Positions 25,216-37,091 of a stretch of 64,000 bases of DNA are shown here, one piece after another (the stretch's first letter is position 1; the number at the start of each line of letters is the position of its first letter). The notes under the pieces were generated by a model. That model was not told where the DNA came from. It did not search any database and worked only from the letters and a program-made list of their open reading frames with translations. The position numbers and the translations under genes are program-made. Origin of the DNA: Squalus acanthias (taxonomy: Eukaryota); the NCBI GenBank assembly GCA_030390025.1, contig CM059432.1:67768001-67832000 (forward strand), read 5' to 3'.

Positions 25216-26738
25216 GCCTCTGGTATACGTCTCAGTTGAGGAAGCGCTCAATGAGGGTGGCGAGAGGGATTTCCCAGGAGGTCACACTGCAGATGGGTGT
25301 CAGGCTCCAAACTTCCAGAGCTGTGGTTATGCCTTCTAAAAGTTCCCCCAGACCTGTGACAACAAAGTCCTGCCACCTGCAATTGATGGCTGATCAAATC
25401 TCCTGTTTAAAGGTTGAGCTGCAGCTGAGAGTCAGCAATCCACTTGTGCTCCCGCCAGGTTTCACTGGCGTGTTTCCCATCAGGCGTGCTTCATGTGGGA
25501 AAAGGGTTAAACTACCTAAAATGCTTCAAAATGGCATTACTGAGCCACTTTAGGGATAGTTAAGAGCGTTAATGGCCTCTCCTGCCTCTTGGAGGCAGGA
25601 CGGAGTCGGGAACCCCGTGACCCCATTTTGTCAAAATTGCGTGGAGGCGTGTTGGAGTCGGGATGGGGTCAGGACCCCCGAATCTGCAACTTTAACCCCC
25701 TACACGCCTCCAAACCCGACTCCATGGGTCATTGAAAATCCAGCCCTATGTATCTGATGGGGAGCAGGGACGGGAGGTTACAGAAGAACTCGAGAGTGAG
25801 GAGTCAGAGGGGGACAGAGACATGGAAGTGGGGGGTGGAGTGACATCATGTGGAAAGGGAAAGGTTAGTGAGGGGCAGAAGAGTGAGAAGGGGCAGCTCC
25901 TCGGCCCAAACCTAATGTAAGAAAAAGCTGAAACTGCAGGGAAGGTTCAAACAGGAGGCGAAAAAGAACTGGAGGCTGCAGGAGAAAGTAACAGCTGCCC
26001 AAAAAGTTGGGAAAGAGCATGAGAGAAGGGAAGGGCAGGAGGTTAAATGATGGGGGGGGATTATCAAGCACATTTCCCTTATTCAGAGCCATGATTACTG
26101 ATCAATTTTTAAAGTACAATAGATTAGTATATGTATGTGAGACAAATTAAACTTCAGGTTTTGATGTTAATATGTGGTGGAGGAATGGCTGTGCAGAGCG
26201 GCAGAATGGATTTGTATGATACAGTGGAATGATCACGATGTTGTAAATGTTTTTAAAGTTTAATAAATAATACATTTTTTAAAGTTGGTAGCACGACTCG
26301 CCTCTGAGTCAGAAGGTTGTGGTTTCAAGTCCCACTCCAGGGACTTGAGCACATAAAGCTAGGCTGACACTCCAGTGCAGTGCTGAGGGAGTGCTGCACT
26401 GTCGGAGGTGCCGTCTTTCAGATGAGATGTTAAACCGAGGCCCCATCTGCTCTCTCAGGTGGACGTAAAAGATCCCATGGCACTATTTTGAAGAAGAGTA
26501 GGGGAGTTATCCCTGGTGTCCTGGCCAATATTTATCCCCCAATCAACATAATAAAAACAGTTTATCTGGTCATTTTCACATTGCTGTTTGTGGGAGCTTG
26601 CTGTGCGCAAATTGGCTGCTGTGTTTCCCACATTACAACAGTGACTACACTCCAAAAGTATTTCTTTGGCTGTTATCCGCTTTGAGAAATCTGGTAGTCG
26701 TGAAAGGCGCTATATAAATGTAAGTCTTTCTTTCTTCA

Positions 26739-27598
26739 GGGCAGAATTATAGTAGGGCAGGACCTCCGACTTCCCCTCCAATTCCACCCCAATCTTGACC
26801 CAGGCAAATGTCCTCTAGACCTCCAGGTTGCAGTCTGTGATTCTGCTGAGGAGGAGGCATCAAATTGTTTCGTACATTAGTGTAAGGTGGAGAAATCGTG
26901 ACAGACTCCAATTAAGCTGTCACATATTCCACTGATATCTGCAGCAAGGAGAAATCTTCCCCAATCTTGCTGTGCATGAGGCCAGTGGACCCAAACATGA
27001 TCCTTGTCATCTGCTGCACATTCTGGGGAAGAGTTCTCAGAGCCTGCACATAGGTATGATCTTCATTGAACATCTTTTTTGTCACAGTAGGAAGCATGAC
27101 TATCCCAGTCCGTGGCCTCCTCAGTAAAAGGAAGCCACCTCCACTACCCCGGCTTCACGTGTTCTGTGACTCACCCAGTGCAATATCTTTATTCCCACTA
27201 TCATGGTTCCCCTGACTGACAGTCTCAGAGTTGGTGTGTGGGACAGAAAAGACAACCGATGAAGGGGATCAAATCAAGGGAGATTGGGGCCATCAATGGT
27301 ACATGGGATGAGATGGTCATCATCTGGAGGAGAAAACATTCCACTTACCTGCTGTGCTTCCAGAATCTACAGCTACCTTCAGTTGCTGCAGGCTTTTAAA
27401 TCATGCGTTGGCAAGTTTCTTTCCATCCCTTCCCCCCACCCGCCACCCTCGCAGTGATTTACTCCAATGTTGCATAGGAGTTGCATTCCTGAATATGGTA
27501 ATGCACTGACGCCATGAATTCTGGCAGACTTCACCATCTGGTGGAAGGACTTCCCCGCGAGAGTTACTACTTCTCAAATATCCTTGTGGATTTTGCCC
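26739..27598 (-). mobile_element. Highly degraded Harbinger derivative
   Basis: Short imperfect TIRs gggcagaatt / gattttgccc; weak resemblance to Myb-gene exon 3. Confidence 0.4.
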
Positions 27599-28624
27599 AG
27601 TGTTGCTTTACAAAGAATATTTAAACAGTGATCAAAGGAATAGAAGACATGAGAACAAAATTGAGAAGCTTCAAACAAAACTAAAAATTAGAAAAAAGTT
27701 CCTTCCTCCTCCTCCCTCACAAGTAGTGAAACCATAGATAGATTCCCATCAAAGCAAATTAGTGCTGTTGTGAGGGAAGATTCTCTGGGTAGTGTAGTTA
27801 TCGAGCACCGCCGGTTTAGATTGAGGTTCAAAACATGGACAGAGATGGAAGTGGATGTGCAAACACAGGGGACTGAAAATTCACAGGATTTTCTACTACC
27901 AGTGGTAGAGCATCTTATTGCTATGGAAACAGGTGGGCATAAGTACCACTTTGGGTGAATTTCCAGCACTCTCCTGCCCATAGCAGACAGAATCTCCAGC
28001 GCTTGCCCACCCATGATGGGTGAAGTGGTTGTCCAGCCCTGGGTAGTTTACCTGCGCATAATGAATACATCCACTCTGACATTCTACTTATGACACTTAC
28101 AGTACAGAATTACACAGTACTCTTAGTCTAACTCTAATCCACCATAGTTACACCTATATCAGTCATTAACCAGATTAATCACAGAGTACGGGATAGCCCC
28201 AGTACAAAGCAAACAATCATTCTGCTGAACACTTCTTTTACCTTTGATTGTGTGTGATATAATGTGTGTAAGAAGTCTGTGCCCTTCAGTACTGGGCCAT
28301 TGGATGGAGATGCACGAAGTGGCATTGTCTAATGGACGGGGAGAGCACTGATGGGAACCTTTCTTTTTAAATGTTCAGCAGGAAGGGGGTGGGAAAAAAA
28401 GAGAATACAGCACTTGGTTATATTCTCCTGGTCATTTATTATATCCTTCTGATACATTTGGGATGGACCGAGTATGCTGCAAGGGCAGGGATGTCAAATA
28501 ATTTAAACTTTTACAGTCATTTTATTTCAAGTATTGCTTTCTTAAGGGTTGCCTGATACTAGCATGAAAGAATGTTCTGTTATCCTGTGTCTCTCCTGTA
28601 TCAAGAACTATCACAAACACATTG

Positions 28625-29300
28625 ACCGGAACTTTCCAGGGTGGTAGCGGGCGCGATCGGTGGCGGGTCGGGTGGGAAAGTTGTTATTTTTGACAGTGGG
28701 TCAGGAACCTGCTGTCATCTCACTCCCACGCGCCTTCTCCCAGGCGCGTCTGTCATCACAGAGCCGACCCGATCCGACCAGCAGTGACGGGGGACCCAAT
28801 TGAGATGATTATCAGGTAGTTTACAGGCACTTAAGAGACTTTTTTCACTTACTTTTTAAATTTCCCTGCATGGCCACGGGATTTACGCAGCTCGGGAACC
28901 ATGTCTGTCAACCTGAGGTGGGAGGTCAGTGGCCATTGCTCCAGCTGATTATTTGACAGCATCAAATGTACAGTAAAAGCTCCCACCTGGAACTGCTGGA
29001 GCGGCTCACCAGCTAATTTTCCATTCAGGCCCACAGGAGTTACAGCAGCAAGCCAGCACAATTCAAATGGAAAATCGACCCTTGACCTCCCATTGCGCTG
29101 TATCACTGGCAAGTGATGTAACACCAGCTGTTTTTGATGCAACACCAGTTTGTGCAGCATTTCTCACTTTATGCAGCACAACAGGAGGAGACCAAGTTCA
29201 ATTCCCACCTCCTCAGTAAATTCACACTTCATATGGAACTGCTGGAGGGGAATCTCACCCTCTGAAACACTTGTCAGAACTTTGGGCACACTGCCCACAT
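28625..29300 (-). mobile_element. Degraded Harbinger remnant (transposase 5' part)
   Basis: FTEEVGIELGLLL resembles FTKEVVTELCHLL; GC-rich subterminal-like left end. Confidence 0.4.
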
Positions 29301-30566
29301 TTACTTTGTATCTGTTTCTGGGATGTGGGCATTGCTGGCAAGGCCAGCATTTATTGCCCATCCCTAATTGCCCTTCAGAAGGTGGTGGTGAGCCACCTTC
29401 TTGAACTGCTGCAGTCCTTGTGGTGAAGGTACTCCCACAGTGCTGTTCGGGAGGGAGTTCCAGGTTTTTGACCCAGTAACGATGAAGGAATGGTGATGTA
29501 CTGAAGGGATAATTACAAGTCCTAGCCATTTTCGGGCTACCCCAGGTCAGGCGTATTCCCCAGACATTCACCTTCAACTAAAGTTAGCGGTAGCCGAATC
29601 CTATAAGACACTTAATTGGGTCTAAAGGCCAGACTATCTCTCCCGAAAGGAAAGGAAAGGCCTGAAGATGTTACCATCCTCCGGATAGCACTTTTAATAA
29701 GTTTAACTAGACTGTAACCTTCTGGATATTATGAGGGTCTGGAAAACCCCCCAGAATTCTGCAACTCCTCACAGAAGAGTGTACAGAAATTGAGTTTGCG
29801 AGATTGATACAGAAATACTCTGTGAGACAATTTTAAAAATATATAGATTTATTAAAGAACCGACATGTAGTTAACAGCTTTTGATTTCAATCTGCAACTT
29901 TAACAGTCCAAAATACAAATAGCTTACATTTCTTATCAGAGATCCTTACTCTCAAATCTTAACTTAGTTACATTTCCACACTTCTACTTATTTCTTAATC
30001 CAGAATATCCACCAAAATCAAATACCTTGATTACCGGAGACTCAAAGGGGGAAAAATTCAGTTGGTTGCGCCTCCCGTTAGCGCCTTAAGAGGGTGCTAA
30101 TGGGGCGCAAAGCAACTAGCGTCCGAGCGCAGCGATGTTTGTGCCGCTCGCGAAATTAACTAGACATTTTGCGGCGGCGCTAAACAATACCGCCTCGATC
30201 TCCTGTGCCGGCAGATCGTGACGTCATACGAGGGTGCAACGCCCTTGTGGCACCTCGGAGCGGAAATTGAGTGGCGCCCCCAACCTTTCCGCCTGGCGCA
30301 ACCAACGACAGGAAGACTGGAACGCTCCCCAGTCGCTGTGGGGCTGGGGGGGCGGGGGGGGCGCTATTTAAAGGGGGCCTCTTCCTGTCTTTCTCTGTGG
30401 TAGACATTTTTGCACCACTCGTTCTGAGAGAGAGAGAGAGATTCGGAGAGAGAGAAAGAGAGACTTCTGCATTGAGTCAACGCTGTGTGAGGTAGTTTTG
30501 GCTACTGATCATAACTTTGCAGGTACTTTGGTTTTTGACCTTCATAACTTTGATTGCCAAGAGATT

Positions 30567-31762
30567 ATGGGGGCTGTACTGATTGGGTGCGTCGTCCTGC
30601 GCCACCAGAATCGGAGGACACAGAGACGCAGAGAGAAAGTGGCAATCATGGCCAGACGGAGGAGGGCCAACAGGTCTCTGTACAGGAGACCTTACCCTCC
30701 CAGGGTATTTCGCCAACAATTCTCATATATTAATATGTCTGAGGAGCAGTGTTTGCGAAGGCTGCGCTTCAGCAAGGAGGTGGTCACTGAGCTCTGCCAC
30801 CTGCTGCAGCCAGATCTGCAGCCTCAACTGAGGTCCAGGACGTCTCTGTCGGTGTCAGTGAAGATCACAGTGGCTCTGAACTTTTATGCCACTGGCTAAT
30901 TTCAATCAGCTACTGGGGACATCACCAATATCTCCCCGTTTGCGGTGCATTGCTGCATCCGCCAGGTCACAAATGCCCTCTATAAAAGGAGACGAGAGTA
31001 CATCTCTTTCCCCATGACCCCGGACAAGCAGCAAGAACGTGCAATGGGCTTTGCTAGGATAGCGGGCTTCCCCATGGTGCAGGGCGCCATTGACTGCACG
31101 CATGTGGCTTTGCGTGCTCCGCATGAGAATGCCGAGGATTTCCGCAACAGAAAGGGATTCCATTCCTTAAACGTTCAGTTGGTCTGTGACCACAGACAGC
31201 TGATACTCGCTGTCAATGCCCACTATCCTGGCAGCTGCCATGATGCATTCATCCTGCACCAGACTACTGTGGCAGAACTTTTCCAGGCACCGCATCAGCC
31301 AGTTGGTTGGCTTCTCGGGGACAAGGGATATCCATTGTGCACCTGGCTGATGACACCACTCCGTATGCCCAACACCCCTGCTGAGCTGCGGTACAACGAG
31401 AGCCATCTCGCTAACAGAAACATCGTTGAGCACACAATTGGCGTGCTGAAGCAATGGTTCCGCTGTCTGGACCATCTGGAGGAGCCCTGCAGTATTCGCC
31501 TGAGCGAGTCTCCCACTTCGTAGATGTGTGCTGCATGCTGCATAACCTGGCAATCCTCAGGACCCAAACAATGCCACCAGGCCTTGGAGCACCACCGGAG
31601 GAGGAAGAGGAGGAGGAAGAGGAGGAGGATGATCAGCAGCAGCACCAAGGCGGGAGGGAGGCCCACAATGTAGAAACAGGAAGGGCCATTCGTCAACGGC
31701 TGATAGCAAGCCGCTTCTCGGCCCCTGCTGAGAAATGGCTTCTGCCATTGAGAACAACATGA
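30567..31762 (+). pseudogene. Harbinger transposase with one nonsense codon (30897-30899) and one frameshift (~31475)
   Basis: GAIDCTH, LLGDKGY and VEHTIGVLK in consecutive ORF pieces. Confidence 0.9.
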
Positions 31763-32051
31763 ATGAAACCAACCCGCAACCCCTAAGCTGGCCAAGGCAA
31801 CAATGATTCCAAAGACCAAACATGTACATTTTGAATACAAAAACTTATATATTTTACAAACTGTGTGTGTGTCATTTCTTCATGACAAACTAATAGAAAG
31901 AAACACAAAAAAACAGTCATTAACATAACTGGTTCTCACAACCTGGAGATAATGTCCAAAACACTAAACAAACGTTTAACCACGAACTTCGACCTTCAAT
32001 AAAAAAATGACCAACATTTTGTCACACCTCCTACTTTTTGCCCTTCGAGAG

Positions 32052-33796
32052 TTATCTCCTTCCCTTGCGCACTTCCCCCCTTCCCACCCTACTGCTCCTC
32101 CGTAATGGGACCCCAGTGGCTGCAGCAAGGCTGGTGGAAGGCTGCTGAATGTCAGAACCTGAGACTACAGATGCCCTTGAAGGATGGCCTCGACCAGCTC
32201 TGGGCCTGGAGGGCCCGGCTGCAGACTGCACCAACTCTGCATGGGCGGCAGCAGTCTGTCCTACAGGCAGTGGCAAGTGCAGTGGAGAAGTGACAGTGGT
32301 GGCAGCAGGAATGCTGTCATCTTGAGAGAGGAAAGCAACTCCCTGCTCGACCGACACACTGGCACTCCCACGGGGCAGCACTTCAGCATCTGGAGCAATC
32401 TGCTGGAGCACAGATTGCTGGCCTGCTGCGGCGCGGTGAGAGCCCCGGGGATATGTGTCTGAACCAGCGAGGATGGCAGCAGTCAGTGCTCGCGTGGCCT
32501 CATTCTGAGTCTGCATGAGAGCAGTCAGAGATGGGGTCACGGCAGCCAGTAACTGAATTGCAGCACTAAACATTTGCGTGGCATCCGCCTGTGCTACAGC
32601 GAAGTGCTCCACACTCCTTGCCAGTGATTCAATGCATTCGGGCACCCTTCCCACTGCACCCATGAGCTCAGTGTGCATGCCTACCGCCTGGGTGTTCATT
32701 TCAGCGATCAGCTGATCCTCCTCTGCGTCCAGTGCAGTAGGACTCACTGGCATACTCTCCCTCCAGGGAGAAGGCCCCCGAGCTTCCCTACCCCCATCGC
32801 GTTGCTGGAGCCCGCTGGGTCCTGGAGCTTCACCCTCATCAGACCCTTCCCCCCTGTTCCCGTCCAGAGAAGGTGTGTTTCCAGTGTGGGCATGGGCTTC
32901 CTCAGGAGAGGGTGGCGCTGATGCTCCGCCTTCATCTTCCTCCTCGCCTGCAGCTTCACTCCCACTGGCAGCTTGAGGGCCCGTCTCCTCAGCTGGTGAA
33001 TCACCATCTGAAAGCAGGGAGGTACAAGAGTGGCTTTAGCATGAGGACAGGGGGGCAGTAAGGGAGGAATGAGTGCAGCGATTTAGTAAGTTGGATTGAA
33101 AGTGTCAAAGGCTGGTGTTGTGAGGTACAAGTGGAAGGAGAGAGGACAAAAAGGTGATGACCTTACCATTGCTGTCCAGAACGGGGTCGGCGTCTCCAGT
33201 GGCGATGGGACCGATCACCCGGCTTGCCACAATCCTGTGGACGCGCGCCTCAAGATCGCTGAGGGGTTGCAGCTGAGGCCGCCCTCCACCCGTCCGTTGC
33301 TGCTGTCTCCTATTATGAGATAGCTTAGCCTGCAAGAAAAAGGACGGCGTCTGAGTAAATATACAGCCATAGTCTTGCCTGATGTGCCTCCCATAGGTGA
33401 ATAGCCCTTACTGTATGCAAAGTGTGGAATGTGCGTGTGTGTTTCATGAGAGGGCCATAGGTGTTGGATGAGTGTTGTGCATTGGGGTTTTCAGACCCTC
33501 TGGCCATAGAGTGAGGTTGAGATGGAGGGATGGAGAGGTATTGAAAAAAAGCCACTCACCATGACGACCCGAGTGAGGTTGTTGAAATTTTTTTGACATT
33601 GAGTATGGGTCCTGGGCACCATGCTCCTGGAGGAGACACTCTGAGCCACCTCCCTCCACACTCTTCTGTACTCGCGCAGCAAAGGCCTCCTGCCACTCTC
33701 AGGGAAGAGTATAGATTTTCTGCGCTCCACTGCGCCAACCAGAGCATCCAAGGCCCGCTCGCTGAAGTGCTAAGCTCGTTCTCTCACCCTCTCCAT
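32052..33796 (-). pseudogene. Harbinger Myb/SANT gene; exons 33796-33560, 33329-33167, 33007-32052; TAG at codon 9
   Basis: GT-AG sites with phases 0 and 1 join into one frame; WREVA...QCQKNFNNL and RTGGG motifs. Confidence 0.87.
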
Positions 33797-36700
33797 AGTC
33801 CTTGGCTGGAAGATTTAGGCACAGGTCTCTCCAAGCAGAGATTAACGGCTCCAATGAGCAGGGTGTGGCTGGAGTGCCAGATCTACCCTCCCCTTTAAGA
33901 ACTGTCCGGCGCCAGTGTGTTTGTGTTCCATCGCTAACTGACAGCACCTGCGCTGCGCCCGCGCTCTGAGTTAGCGCCTCGCTCCTTGGTCTTTGCGCCT
34001 TAAGACAGATATATAGCGTCTGATTTAGCGCTCCAATCACCTCCAGGGGCGATAAAAGTCAAATTTGCAGTCAGAAGCGATAATTAGTGCCAGGCGCTAA
34101 TCTTTGCGCCCGGCCGATAATTGCGCCCCAAATGGGACGCTACTGAATTTCTCCCCCAAAGAGTTATAGGCCTACAGAGTGGTTCTGAAGGCGAGAATCG
34201 CTCTGCCCCTTTCCAGCGACTTCTTCTCTCTATCTGAAAAGCTTTATTTTTATACCTTTTTTAGTGGTTTATCCTTTGAAGTTTTCTGCTGATGTAAGCT
34301 AATTATCTCTAGCCATACCTCTGTTGACTTCTTTCTATTCTTACTGTTAATTCTGCTGTTAACTTTCAGAATTCTGTCTCTGTATAGGTGTTTCAGAAAC
34401 TTATCATATAAAATAGTTATTGCAGGTCTTCAATTCAATTCTTAATATTAGCTGAACTGATTGTATTTCAGACTTCTCGTCTCCTTGTGTTCCAAGTTCA
34501 ACACATAAACAATGTGATTGCTTGGTACATCTATTGATGTAATATTTTCAAAGTGTTCTGTTGTGTACCTTTTACAATATGTAAATCAAAACCACTTCAA
34601 CCAGGGTGTTTGTTTTCCTAGCCATCTTAGTTGGTTATATATATAATCGTGTTTCCTGTTTCATTTGATGTTACTTTTACAAAGGCACATGTTTTTTTAA
34701 TGTTCTGTGTTTCTGTTCGACGTGTTAGCTTTTAACACTTTACTTGGGCATTGCTATTGTGTTGGTTCCAAACTACAGACTCCTTGGAACCAACTCCATG
34801 GTTCTTCAATGTAATGTTCTGTGTTTCTGTTCGACGTGTTAATTTTTAACACTTTAAACTGGGTATAGCTATTGTGTTGGTTCCAAACTGCAGACTCCTT
34901 GGAACCAACTCTTTGCTTCTTCAAATGGCCATTGTCTCAGCGTCAATAACCAATCTTTATCTCAAAAGCCTGTATGGTGTTTACAGCTTTGTGACGTTGA
35001 GGCTTTTAGATTTTTAAACCCAGTTTGTCATGGTTTAATAAAATCAGAATTCTGTTCATAGGATGGTGTATCTTTCTGAATAGGTTTGGCTCATTCCTTT
35101 ACAATACTACCATGTCAGAATGGTGTGTAACTTGGAGGGGAGCTTGCAGGTGATGGTGTTCCCATGCCTGCTGTCATTGTCCTTCTAGTTGGTAGAGGTC
35201 GTGAGTTTGGGAGGTGCTGCCGAAGAAACCTTGGCGAGCTGCAGCCACGGTGCGCCAGTGGTACAGGGAGTGAATGTTTAAGGTGGTGGATGGGGTGCCA
35301 ATCAAGTAGGCTTCTTGAGTGTTGTTGGAGTTGCACTCATCTAGGCAAATTGAGAGTATTCCATCACACTCCTGACTTGTGCCTTATAGATGGTGGAAAG
35401 GCTTTAGGGAGTCAGGAGGTGAGACACTCGCCACAGAATACCCAGCCTCTTACCTGCTCTTGTAGCCATAGTATTTATGTGGCTGGTCCAGTTAAATTTC
35501 TGGTCAATGGTGAACCCCAGGATGTTGATGGTGGGGATTCGGCGATGGTAATGCCGTTGAATGTCAAGGGGCGGTGATTTGACTTTTGCATGTTAGAGAT
35601 AGTCATTGCCTGGCAATTGTGTGGCGCAAATGTTACTTGCCACTTATCAGCCCAAGCCTGAATGTCATCTAGGTCTTGTTGCATTCGGGTATGGACTGCT
35701 TCATTATCTGAGGAGTTGCGAATGGAACTGAACACTGTGCAATCATCAGCGAACACACCCACTTCAGACCTTATGATGGAGGGAAGGTCATTGATGAAGC
35801 AGCTGAAGATGGTTAGGCCTAGGACACTGCCTGAGGAACTCCTGCAGCAATGTCCTGGGCTGAGATGATTGACCTCCAACAACTACAACCATCTTCCTTT
35901 ATGCTAGGTATGACTCCAGCCAGTGGAGAGTTTTCCCCCCAATTCCCACTGACGTCAGTTTGACTAGGGTTCCTTGATGCCACACTCAGTCAAATGCTGC
36001 CTTGACGTCAAGTGCAGTCACTCTCACCTCACCTCTGGAATTCAGCTCTTTTGTCTATGCTTGGTCCAAGGCTGTAATGAGGTCTGGATCCGCGTGGTCC
36101 TGGCGGAACCCAAACGGAGCATTGGTGAGCAAGTTATTGGTGAGTAAGTGCCGCTTGATAGCACTGTCGACGACACCTTCCGTCACTTGACTGATGATTG
36201 AGATTAGACTGATGGGGCGGTAATTGGCCGGATTGGATTTGTCCTGCTTTTTGTGGACAGGACATACCTGGGCAGTTTTCCACATTGTCAGGTAGATGCC
36301 AGTGTTGTAGCTGTACTGGAACAGCTTGCCTAGTTCTGGAGCACAAGTCTTCAGCACCTCAGCCGGGATGTTGTCGGGGCCCACAGCCTTTGCTGCATCC
36401 AATGCGCTCAGCCGTTTCTTGATATCACGTGGACTGAATCGAATTGGCTGAAGACTGGCTTCTGTGATGGTGGAGACCTCATAGGAGGCTGATATGGATC
36501 ATCCACTTGGTATTTCTGGCTGAAGATGGTTGCAAACGCTTCAGCCTTGTCTTTTGCACTCGCGTGCTGGGCTCCATCATCATTGAGGATGGGGATATTC
36601 ATGGAGCCTCTTCTTCCTGTTAGTTCTTTAATTGTCCACCACCATTCACGACTGGATGTGGCAGGACTGCAGAGCTTTGATCTGATCCGTTGATTGTGGG

Positions 36701-37091
36701 ATCGCTCAGCTCTATCTATAGTATACTGCTTCCGCTGTTTAGCATGCATGTAGTCCTGTGTTGCAGCTTCCCCAGGTTGGCACCTCATTTTTAGTTACGC
36801 CTGGTGCTGCACCTGGCATGCTCTTCCACACTGCTTATTGAACCAGGGTTGGTCCCCTGGTTTGATGGTAATGGTAGAGTGAGGAATATGCTGGGCCATG
36901 TGATTACTTCGATGGTGTTGCTGTGCGACCATTCCCAGCACATCATAATGGTGAAAGCCCAGTATCCTGGCAGCAGTCATGATGGCTTCATTCTGCACCA
37001 GTCACTTCTGCCAGCAATCTTCCCAGACACCACTTTGAACCCGTGGGTGGCTGCTCAGAGACAAGGGCTTTCCGCTCTGCACCTGGCTGAT

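Larger units (their letters stand above)
21477..25746. mobile_element. Full-length PIF/Harbinger transposon (4270 bp)
   Basis: TIRs gggctggatttt / aaaatccagccc; TAT TSD (21474-21476, 25747-25749); convergent Myb and transposase genes. Confidence 0.96.
19973..26282 (+). mobile_element. Tx1/L1-clade non-LTR element encoding only ORF1 (RRM-like region + CCHC knuckles), interrupted by a Harbinger
   Basis: ORF 20313-21476 has VVVSFLNL, ADGTHYVKVRFP, CYYCLGHDHLVRSC and CYNCGESGHIAQSC, and continues in frame after the Harbinger (DY|VSDGEQGRE). AATAAA and an A/T tail at ~26262-26282; duplicated target flanks. Confidence 0.8.
19945..26735 (+). mobile_element. tRNA-headed DeuSINE (SacSINE1-like) with L2-type tail, split into ~19945-19972 and 26283-26735
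   Basis: A-box tggctcagt(t/g)ggtagc, B-box-like ggtttcaagtcc, Deu-like core ggacgtaaaagatcccatggcactatt, tail gaaaggcgctatataaatgtaagt(cttt)n. Confidence 0.82.
30047..34157. mobile_element. Full-length Harbinger transposon, family 2 (4111 bp), inactive
   Basis: TIRs gggggaaaaatt / aatttctccccc; AAA TSD; convergent transposase and Myb genes. Confidence 0.95.
29502..35103 (-). mobile_element. Solo LTR (~1.49 kb without the nested Harbinger), ERV/Gypsy-type
   Basis: Minus strand TGTAAAGG...CCCTTCA; 4-bp TSD gtac/atac (1 mismatch); minus-strand TATAAAA at ~34250 and AATAAA at ~29850; ~115-bp tandem repeat in the U3-like part. Confidence 0.75.
29320..36905 (-). mobile_element. Lineage-A CR1-group LINE, split (29320-29501 and 35104-~36905) by a solo LTR
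   Basis: 3' tail at ~29320; sequence resumes colinearly with the 12530 copy after 35103; RT motifs NYRPISL and FADD. Confidence 0.85.

Noticed and set aside
23977..25251. Domesticated host gene HARBI1
   Set aside because: It lies inside TIRs with a TSD, is paired with a Myb gene and interrupts another retroelement, so it is a transposon ORF
26283..26340. tRNA gene
   Set aside because: It is the tRNA-derived head of a SINE, continuing into SINE core and tail
34697..34925. CRISPR-like array
   Set aside because: Two-copy tandem duplication without unique spacers, in a vertebrate LTR
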